From Paramoeba atlantica (Eukaryota; Protista; Discosea): a DNA stretch of 64,000 nucleotides. Of the stretch, positions 30,238 to 40,100 are shown one piece after another. The position numbers were made by a program, and so were the translations under genes. The notes beneath the pieces were generated by a model. It searched no databases and had not been told where the DNA came from. It saw only the letters and a program-made list of their open reading frames with translations. The DNA lies in the NCBI GenBank assembly GCA_977017575.1, contig CDRNVI010000014.1, positions 455,507 through 519,506 of the forward strand, in the 5' to 3' direction. Each line of letters starts with the position of its first letter. The stretch's first letter is position 1.

Positions 30238-32645
30238 CCCTGGTCGCCCTGGAATTAGCAAACGAAATCAATCACCAGGCCGACTTGGACCTACAATTAT
30301 GGTACCTTGACGACGGGGTTCTCATAGGCAAGGCCCAAGACACCAGAAATGCACTGGACACGATCGCCAGGGTAGGCCCTCGCTGGGGCTTGCACTTAAA
30401 CATGTCGAAGTGTGAAATCATTACCTCCCCTGCCTCGGCTAACGTGACAAATTTGTTTCCCGACATACCGGACACCAAAATCAACGTACGTGGCGACTTT
30501 AGCGTTCTAGGAAGTCCGATTGGATCCCCAGAGTATTGCTCCGAATACCTGACAACGCACGCCATTGAACCAGCAGAAACGGCGTTAGAAGCTATAACTA
30601 GAATCAAAGACCCACAGGTTTCAATGGCGCTTATTCGGCAATGCGCCGGGTTCTGCAAAATGGTCCACGCTCTCCGCACGACCCCACCACAATCACTTAC
30701 ACTTTTATGCGAGCGTCTGGATGATTTTCTCATGCACGCGGTAGAGTCATGTTTATGCCCCTTGCCTCCCTCTGCACGGTCCCAAATTCAGCGCCTGAAA
30801 AAACACGGAGGATTCGGGTTACGGTCAGCATCCTTTCACGCAACCTCAGCCTACGTTTCCTCGGTTGCTTTTGCAGCAGACATGGACTCTTGGGATCCAT
30901 CCGAAGTAGAAGGCTTTCTATCATCTATTGACGACATAAACGCGAAGGTTGGCACCAAGCTTCTCAACTCAAGTGGCCGTGTGTGCACTATCCCGCACCA
31001 CAAATGCGAAGAATTTCCTCCGAGGCATCGCCCCGCAAAGCGCCCACGCCAGCCGGATACCCATGATCCTACTTCATCTGCGAATCCCCCTTCCCTTCCA
31101 CACGATCGCCCCCCCTTGTCACCCGATGATCTCCCCCCTACGTCATGCCCATTGTATGCAACGGAGGATTGCTTTGACGCGAAGCTGCCGGACTGGGCGA
31201 AAAAGGGTATCCCCCGCCAAAGGGACATAAGCCACGCGATTTCGGCTACGGAATTTTCGCGAGCTTATGAAAAGGCTGACGCCAGGACTCGCGCACGTTG
31301 GGTCTCCCAGAGCGGGAAAGGGGCCAATAGCTGGGCTTTCGTAACGCCATCCAAAGACACTGGTCACGCCTTCACCCCAACAGAATTCCGTACCTTGTCC
31401 CGCTGGTGGTTGGGGGTACCAGTCTACGGGGAAGAATCAAAATGCCCCAGGGAGAACTGCACGCTCCCCCTTGACATACACGGAGACCATGCTCTCACGT
31501 GTAAGCATGGGGAAGGTATCATCCGGCGACACCACTCGTTAGTCGATCAGTTCGCTGCCACCTGAAGCCAGGCCCACCTAGCACCCCAGCGCGAGAAAAG
31601 CCTCGGGAATAGGGGCCCAGGGGGTGCCTTGACCAGACCGTGGGACGTCTTCATGCCGAGCCTCTTCCTCGGAAAACCTATAGTGCTTGACTTCGCGGTC
31701 ACTCACGCCCAGCAATCAAAATACACGGACACAGTCCGAAATGCTAGCTGGGTGGCCGCGGGGTCTTTCGCTGAGCACTACGCCTCCGACCAGAAAGCTC
31801 GACAGCGCCGTGAATCTGAGTCGGCGGGAAGCGACTTCACAGCAATGGTCGTAGAGAGCTACGGCTCTTGGAGCTCTAGTGCCTTAGCAGTACTTCGGAA
31901 AGTAGGAGAACGTCGGGCCAAAGCGTCCAACGGCATCCTCAGTGACGGAGCAGCTACGCTACAGCTCGTCACAGACTTGAACATAACGCTGATGCGTCGC
32001 CAGGCACGTATGATGATATCAAGAATGCCGGTAGACGACCTTCCCACTCCGCTGATCGAGCAATAGCTTGGTAACGGAGTAAGTAGCCCTCGTGGGATAA
32101 TCGTTTCCTAACCACACCGTTGTCGGCACAGGCCCACGTTAGCGCCCTCGGAAACAACTGATCTGGAAGCTGGTCGAGTCGACAGAGTCTATGCTCACGC
32201 CTAGCTCGCCGAGGGCTAGGTACCCCAAGTGAGGTAGTACACGGGTAGTGAATCTCCTCCCCGTCGGCCCGCATCCTGTTTCGCGACCGTGTCGCTGTCG
32301 ACACAGGCCCGCGCCTGCGCCCTCCCGTATAGCAAGGGAAGGGTTCACAAGTCAGGCCGTGGAGAGGTCGAAAGACACGGTCCGGAACGCGCGAATGGAT
32401 TGGGCCTGGATTGCTTGTTTCAATTTTTACTGTTTCTTGTTTGTAGTATATACTTAGGGGTGATTAAATTGCTAGTTTTGGGCTCAGAAAAAGTAAAGGT
32501 ACATCTGTGGAAAGAAAAAGAATTGCTAATTTGATTGCTTGTTTACAAATCATATTCCCCTCCCCAATGGACCTACTTGGTTCGTCTACTGGGTAAAAAT
32601 ATAGAGGCAATGCCGCGTTTTATACTTCTCCCCCCCTAAAAAAAA
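30238..32645 (+). pseudogene. Family A 3' half with one nonsense codon (TGA 31563-31565), full 3' UTR and poly(A)
   Basis: WYLDDG; 30207-31565 and 31629-32066 are the same frame; TGA replaces the Cys seen in QFTSFC of the intact copy. Confidence 0.9.
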
Positions 32646-32646
32646 A

Positions 32647-32772
32647 TCTTAATACAAAAAGTGATCTTAATACAAAAAGTGATCTTAATACAAAAAGTGA
32701 TCTTAATACAAAAAGTGATCTTAATACAAAAAGTGATCTTAATACAAAAAGTGATCTTAATACAAAAAGTGA
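32647..32772 (+). repeat. 18-bp tandem array (tcttaatacaaaaagtga) x7
   Basis: Directly after the family A poly(A) and before a degenerate SL-like 34-mer ending CTTGTTG. Confidence 0.95.
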
Positions 32773-32806
32773 TCTTAACACCAAAGAAGCTAACAGGCAC
32801 TTGTTG

Positions 32807-33033
32807 CTTTCTTTTACTTATTCTTATTTCTTCATGGGAGTGGTCACCCGCTCCAAGGCAAAGGAAACAGGAGCAGCTCCTGTGATTTTGCCTCTCGCCC
32901 CCGTTCGCCGCAGGAAAAAGACAGCGCCTGTTGCCCCAAAGTCTCCTCCAACCATCGCTGTCGTGGGGACGCATCCGACCGCTTCGCCCTCAAAGAGGTC
33001 TCCACCCCCCGCACCATCGACGCCATCGCCACC
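32807..33033 (+). mobile_element. Family E 5' fragment (UTR + MGVVTRSKAK...)
   Basis: N-terminus nearly identical to the element starting at 4782; interrupted at 33034 by an SL-led family A copy. Confidence 0.85.
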
Positions 33034-33510
33034 TCTTTAACGATAAAGATACAGTTTCTGTACCTTGTTGACTATATTTTATCTCATATTTTTCCCGGGT
33101 ACACGGCTACCTTAATGTCCGGAGACCACCACTTTGAAGAGTCAACGCAAATGGAAGAAGATTCGTTCCTGCAAGAAGAAGCAGCGCACCAACCAGGATC
33201 CTTGGACCAATTTGCGGGGAATGCTCAACTAATCAAACAGCCCACCTAATATAACGAATTGCTATACACCACACCGATCCTGGAAAACATCCCTGAAGAC
33301 TGGTGTCAGAAAGCCACCTTAATTTCGACTGACCAGCAAACACCAGACACTGGACACAGAAATGACGGCGACGAGGAAACGACCCACGCACGCGTTCTCA
33401 TCAGCACAAATCACAGCTCACGAACAACACAACCCACTAATGTTTCAGTTTCGAAAAAAATTTCCCGTCGCAAGTCACCGGCCACATCTCCGTGTGCTAA
33501 AGGACAACGC
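33034..33510 (+). mobile_element. Family A 5' fragment with complete 37-nt SL (33034-33070), ATG 33115 and in-frame TAA at 33247
   Basis: MSGDHHF..LDQFAG..PT*YNELLYTT..QTPDTG..EETTH. Confidence 0.88.
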
Positions 33511-34950
33511 GCGCTGCAATACGATGTGTGAGTATGCCAGATAGGACTTTCGCTGCAGGGCTCATTATTGAAATTGGGCGGTAGGATCCGGGATCGCAGG
33601 CTTTGCCTTTTGCTGCGCCTTTGTAGATTGGTATGATGTGGGAGTGCGTCCACTCTTTGGGAACCTTGGAGTTTTGCCAGCAAAGTTTCAATATCCATGT
33701 CATCCAAATAATTGCGGCTTTTCCTGCATATTTGAGATGTTCGGGGAAAATTCCGTCTGGGCCTTGTGCTTTCCTATTTTTTAGTGTAGACAGTGCGCGT
33801 TCTACTTCCAGTTCGTTTGGAGGATAACTATTTTCTTCTTTTTCCATGCGAAGGACATCGTCCTCTATGGCAGGGTACTTTAGTTCTTCTAGGTCTTGTT
33901 GTACTCTGGATAAATTAAATAGGGGGTTTGGTGTGTTAAATATCCTAGAAAAGGAAGTGGCCAGTGCTTGCGCTTTGGCCTCTGGGTCAGAGACCATTTC
34001 ATCTTTGTTTCGAATTGCAGGTTTATCGTTATTTGGTGGGTAGGTTAGTTTTGTCAATTCTTTTGTTAGTTTAAATAGCTTGTGGTGATTTCCCTCAGCC
34101 CTGACAGTCTCAATCTGCTTTACCTTTTGGGCGAAGTAGGTACGCTTTGCTAACCTGAAAGAACGAAAGGCTATTCGACGTTTGCAGCGATAATTAAGGT
34201 GTGCCTTCTCTTTTTCCTTAGAAGTTGAATGATGCGACTTGTATCGCAATAGAGAGTCTTGTTTTTCTGCTATCTTTCGTAAGAGTTCGTCATTCATCCA
34301 TGGGAGGTTGGTTTGGATACAAGTGTTAGCGCATGCTTGCTTGGATGTTTCTAAGAGAGCGATTTTTAGGTCACTCCATTCTGATTCTATATCCTCACTC
34401 AGTGAGTGATGCTGTAATTTTACGCCCATTAGCTCCTGGTACAATTGCATCGGACCCCATACGAGCAAAGAAATCTTTAACAATGTTAAGAGTTTCCCTT
34501 GTCGACGAGGTCTCGATGCAAAGAGTCTCCCTGTACAAACCGCAAATTCTACGTAGCGTACGCCACGGATTAGAACGGTTTCGCCGCAGACCTGCTTCAA
34601 TTTCGGCGCATTCCTGCCCAATCTGCGCCTCAATTTCTTCTCCGTGCTCTTTTAGCACTTCCTTGAAGTGGTCCGGTTTTCGACTCTGAAGAAATAAGTC
34701 GCGAAACCCTGAGATGCGCGGTGTTTCTGTACCCGGTGGTGTGTTTTCTGTCCCTGTAGGTGCGTTGGTCGTTTTTGGGGTTCGGTCCTTTTTTGAGAGT
34801 CTTTTCGCTGTGTCTACCATATTTTCCGATAAGTGTTCCCATGTGATCTCTTCCTCTTTCTTCGCCATTTCCCACACTGCTTGCTGGAAGGATGCCTTCT
34901 TCTCTTCATCTCCAAGTCTTGGCCAGGGTACCTTTCTTTGCCCCCCTGTG
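33497..34950 (-). pseudogene. APE-class LINE fragments (linker region and start of RT; probably two joined pieces)
   Basis: PWMNDEL, KAQGPDGIFPEHLK, VPKEWTHSHIIPIYKG..SYRPISIM; frame change near 34420. Confidence 0.82.
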
Positions 34951-35427
34951 ATAGTGATAGTGATTACAGGCGGTTACCCTAGTACAAGGATGTCGCCTCC
35001 CCTGAGAAAGCAGGGGAACTTGGGGGAAGGAGCCTGGTCGCTGGATCATCGAAACTCTTGCGAGTTTCGAATAGGGTATGCAAATCGGTGAGCGATTTGC
35101 TGCCTCCGCAGATCCTAGGACTTCCTTCCCCGGGCACGTGGAGAGCTAAGCCCTCGCTATTCGGCGAACTGGGTGTTAGCCCTGATTCATTCCGAATGCC
35201 CCACGTCTCCCGAAGGAGAAACTAGTGCCATATTCGGGAGTATCAAGTCTCAGCTTCAACGGTTTTTGGCTCCTCAGCTTCAACGGACCAAGTCTTCTAG
35301 GGTGTTATACCTTTGAGCGGACTTGGCTCCTCAGCTTCAAAGGGCTAAACCTCGGCTTCAACGAGCTCGTGTCTCTCCGAATTATGACCCTAGCCCTGGA
35401 AAGCTAAAAATAGGGAGCGAACAAACA

Positions 35428-36140
35428 CTATTTTTTCCGTATCGCGAATGGAGTTTTGCGTCTTCTTTTAAGATTAGTTTCTGACTCGTACAATTTAATT
35501 GCCTTATACCAGCATTTCTTATTTTGTGCTTTTGTTTTCCAATGTATGATAGGTCCCATATCTGCTCTTGAGAGCGCTGACTCTATGTTTCTCTGATATG
35601 TATGGGTTGTTTTCCTAGAAATGTACCTTGCCAATGTTTTGGCTTTGTATTTACCGAAGAGGATTTTATTTGGTACTCTTTCAGATCCCATTCTGGCGAT
35701 GTGGCCCACAAAATGGAGTAGTCTGATATCAATTTTTGCCTGGAGTGGCCCCATACCGGATAATCTTAGGCTTTCTTTCTGGGAGATGTACCTTGTCTTC
35801 TGTGACGCTATTATTTCCTGCTTATGGTTTCGGCATCGTTGAGGTGTATTTATCACCCACGGTATCCCCATTGCTACCTTCACTAATCTGATGTAAGTTT
35901 TGTTAAGCTTCTTGAGTAGTTGTACCGTCAGTGCCCAAGAAATGCATCCAAATAGTAGTCGGGATACGACGCATGCTTCAAAAATAGTTCGCTTGGTTTT
36001 CTTCGAAATGGATCGGTTCTTCCACAAATGTAGGAATTGCTTTAAATTGCTGTAGGCACCCTTGATCCTATTCTTTATGTCTTTGTCGAGTGTTGTGTCT
36101 TCGTCTATAACTGACCCAAGGTAGATAAAGTTCCGGACAT
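35428..36140 (-). pseudogene. RTE-like LINE RT C-terminal region
   Basis: RNFIYLGSVI..RTIFEACVVSRLLFGCISW..HIARMGSERVPNKILFG. Confidence 0.85.
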
Positions 36141-36239
36141 ATATGTATATGTGCCCCGTAGGGCCACGGTCAAAGAATAAATATTTTCAACAAGGTACAG
36201 TTTTTTTGCCAACAAGGTACAGTTTTTTGCCCCCCTGTA

Positions 36240-36706
36240 CCTTTAGAACGCCACTTGATTTTCACATCCGCCATAACGACGCAGTGTACTGTAGGCACTG
36301 GCGCCTTGAGTACTTTGTGCCTCCTAATGCTGGAGGCAAAGCGCTCACTGACCATGATGTGGTCAAGCTGTCTCCGCACTTTGTTGTCCCCACGCCTTTT
36401 GCTACCTCCCTTGTTGCCGACCTCCCCTTTTACGTGCATGTACTCGCAGGCCTTGTCTCCATTTTCCTCTCCTTCCCTTCCCCTCTTCACCATACCGTTG
36501 TTATTCGTCCCCTCTGGCTCTGATCCTTTCCTTCCCATTTCCACCTTTCCTTCTTCCCCCTTCTGCCTCACCTTCTCTGTTCCTACGTTGCGACGGTCCT
36601 TTGTCTCCGCCCTCCTGCCCGGCAGCTCACATGTCCATTTCCTCTTGCTCGGGCAGAGGGTGTGTGCTGACTTACAGCCAATGGAGCACAAGAGGCCTTT
36701 CAGCTG
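36240..36706 (-). pseudogene. APE endonuclease domain, C-terminal half (split by the YR element)
   Basis: RKWT..RQLDHIMVS..PTVHCVVMADVKI; continues the 43515-44201 reading frame. Confidence 0.82.
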
Positions 36707-36709
36707 AGA

Positions 36710-36929
36710 AATCCACGCCGCGGGGCATAATAAATAACATGTATCGAATAGTAAACAAAGAAACAACTAAAATGTATCTGATTGCTCACAAGCCCTATTT
36801 CCCAATCTCAAAACATAACATCAACATTAAACTGTAAATAATATGTTCTCACGACAATTTTAGGCCTGCAAACATATATGTCACTGTCACTCTGTTAACG
36901 GGGTTCCCTCCACCGGAACCCTCGACCAA
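36710..36929 (-). repeat. Split direct repeat B, terminal copy (220 bp; second copy 37135-37354)
   Basis: Near-identical at offset 425; contains a gggttcc/ggaaccc hairpin. Confidence 0.95.
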
Positions 36930-36953
36930 ATGGCTGGGGGCTCGGTGGGCGGG

Positions 36954-37134
36954 CACAAAAACTTTTGAAACGTAAGTAGAAAAAATAGCCTACCAAGAAT
37001 ATAAGAATGAATAATGAAATTACAACACTATTTGAAACAAATCATAATTTGAAGAAATTATGTGCCCCGAAGGGCCAAGCAGGCATAAACAACTCCCTGC
37101 CCCGCGGCTAAATTTCCAAACGTGGACTATTAGA
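36954..37134 (-). repeat. Split direct repeat A, internal copy (181 bp; second copy 43334-43514)
   Basis: cacaaaaacttttgaaacg...cgtggactattaga is identical in both copies. Confidence 0.95.
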
Positions 37135-38323
37135 AATCCACGCCGCGGGGCATAATAAATAACATGTATCGAATAGTAAACAAAGAAACAACTAAAATGT
37201 ATCTGATTGCTCACAAGCCCTATTTCCCAATCTCAAAACATAACATCAACATTAAACTGTAAATAATATGTTCTCACGACAATTTTAGGCCTGCAAACAT
37301 ATATGTCACTGTCACTCTGTTAACGGGGTTCCCCCCACCGGAACCCTCGACCAACCTGCCCGCACACACGTCACACAAAATAAAACCTGTATAAAAATGC
37401 CCGGACACATAGTAAATCATATATAGAAAAGAAATCATAATCAAACCTCACTTACAGAACTCGTACAAGGATAACGATAGCAATAGATGACCAGTCCACT
37501 GCCACGCCCTTTACAAGCTCACACGAGCTACACAGGTTACGCTTTCGAATTGCACTTCCGGAAGAAAAACATATAGTCAATCAGATATAGTAAGCGTATG
37601 TAAACTGTAATGTTTAATCTGTAGAACTACAGAGCTACCGAAATATAACATCCATCATGGACAACAGAGTAAAAGACATTATCTTCACCAGTACTGTAAT
37701 ATCAACTTCGCGAAGTAAGTATCAAATCTATTTTATATACCTCATGAACTTTTTCCTGGAGAGAACTCCCTTCCCTCCCTTTCTCGAACGGGTGTCCACG
37801 CGGGGACACCCGTTCCAAAAAGTTTCAAAGGATAAAAACGCGCTCTATTACCAGTTCACTGTATAATGCTTTGTGTCACTATATAAACTAGTTTATGAAT
37901 AACAAACGTACAATGCCCGTCGGCCAACTAACGTAAATATAATTCTCAGAAATCAAAATTTCCATTGTACAATTCTTTTCGTAAACTTTTAAACCTCTGC
38001 CCATGCACCAACTTGGGACCTAGAAGTGTGGAGCAACTAGGCGTGGTGTACGGCCGTGTCAACAGTGACGCGGTTAAAAAACATTAAGGCGTTAATCGTA
38101 GAATAAAGGAAACCTTTACTCATATTTACCTCACATTGGGGAACCTTGCTTCCGAAAAGGAAACAAGGCGTGAGAATAAAGCCTGTTAACCGATTAACAT
38201 CCATAACCTTCCAAAATTATAGGGACAACCTCCATACCCCAGGACCCCGTCCGCTCTTTTTTTTTTTTTTTTTTTTTTTTCTTGTCTTTTTTTTTTCTTT
38301 TTTGTATTTGGTGATCCTGTCCC

Positions 38324-40100
38324 CTAGGGTTTTCCTTCAATATGACTGTCTAGCTTACCAATATGATGATGCTGATTATCGCTGTATTTGTCGATGTTGC
38401 CTTTATATTTCTCAACCTTCTCTCTCTCAATCTCCTTCCCGCGACTGACAGCATCCGCCGGGTTCTCATCCGTGGATATGTACGCTGCCTTGACACAAAT
38501 ACCTTTGTCCTCTGTCAGTCGCAGGACTTCGCGCAATTCCATTGAAACCCCCTCTGACTTGGAGATCCTCCTGTTCAGTGCAGCCTGACAGGAGGTGTTG
38601 TCAACAAAAACATCCAAGCAGGTTCCACGGGGGCAATGCGCGGAAAACTTCTCGAGGGCTAAGCGGACTGCTGCAGCTTCCGCACGGTTCACCTCATACG
38701 AGGATGACTCAGGCCACGCCTCACCCGTAATCAAAACCTCTCCGCTGTCTAAATACATAATCGCTCCCCATCCTTTCACCGAGGCATCGGTGTAGAGACG
38801 ATGCTTGTGTGGAACAACATCGGGATGGGGAGGTGGAGACCGTGGAACATTCTCCAGCAACTCGTTTCTCCATTCTGCTAGCATGGAGCGAGTGACGACA
38901 GGGAGTGCGACCGGACGGTCACATAACTTCGGGCAACGGTTCAACAAGTTGATACGCCGTTGCGCCACCTTCAAAGCGAAATAAAACCGCGGCATATTGA
39001 GTCGGAGAACTGCGGAGCCATAAATGAGGCGCCCCACCACCGCCTCTAGGTCAACAAAGGAAATGTTGAAGAAAGAGTCGGCTCGCAGTTTCCTGATCAC
39101 TCGCGGTCCCAGGCAGACCGTATGCGCGTTATGGTCGAACGCCACCCCATTGAACACGTACTGTGCTACAGGGGGCTGACCCCGATCTTTGAAAAGACCG
39201 TTCGCCTTGTCGCAACGCTCGTCAATGAACTGAGCGTACGTGGTGGCCTCGGAGTGGGTTCCTGCAAACCGAACTCCGTCAACATAAACGTCGATAGCGC
39301 CTCGGTGAAACGAGTAGCGCTGAGAACAAATCGACGCCTCGCCAGCAATCGCGGCGGTAACCGTGTGCATAACCTCCGGTGCACACCTATGGCCCATCGG
39401 GAGGACGTTCATCTCAAACACGTCTCCACTGTTCGTTCTAAGGCGGAATTTGGGCCGCGCCCTCTTTGGGATACCAATCTGGTAAAATCCACACGTGAAG
39501 TCCCGCTTCACAGCCATCGGCTCGTGCGCCTTATGAAGATACTTGGAGGGATGATATAATGGGACCTTTGGTTCATATGATTTTAATCTATCGTTATCGT
39601 CCCTTGTCCATGAAATAAATCTTCTGCGCTGATTGCCCTCATCATCGGTCTCCACAACCGTGAAGGGAATCATGAACTGCATCGATGGGCGCTTTCTCAA
39701 CTCCTGCGCCGGGACCTTAGAGATTATGCCTGCGTCCTCCAACAATCGGACGTCCGCCTCAGGCAATGAACCTTTCACACTAGGTTCGGGGTACGGGGCT
39801 TTAGGTACCCATAATAATTCATCCACTACCTTGCGAAAACGAGTGGCAGCTGACATACTCATCCACTCCTTAACCTGATCCAAATGGATAACAGGTATCG
39901 ACTTCTTAACGTGCAAAGGTAGGTGAGCGTCGTGTGCCTTGGCTAGCCGTGAAGAGCGGCGTGCACAAACAACGGAGTGCCTGCGAAGGTAAGGCACTTC
40001 CTCGAAGCACTTTGCCACGTGCTCCGAGGTTACAGCACTGGGAGACGTGCTGAGACTCTCTGCGTCCCGAGAGCCCTTGCCGTTGTAATACTGCTTGCGT
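38324..40100 (-). CDS. RT-RNase H of the YR retrotransposon (start uncertain; frame open to 40702)
   Basis: RRRFI, KRDFTCGFYQI, VLPMG..AP, YVDG, LYTDAS..W, E..A, VDN, NPADAVSR. Confidence 0.88.

Noticed and set aside
32385-32402. HDV-like ribozyme suggested by GCGAATGG in the 3' UTR
   Set aside because: I could not find a consistent P1/P2/P3/L3 pseudoknot upstream in both variants.
32647-32772. CRISPR arrays or repetitive peptides (ILIQKV, MVLQKT, IKNTLF) from the 18-bp and 27-bp repeats
   Set aside because: They are contiguous tandem units with no spacers and no cas genes, and the ORFs are by-products of the periodicity.
33034-33075. A true SL RNA gene
   Set aside because: No copy has GT after TTG, an intron, or an Sm-site and T-tract terminator.
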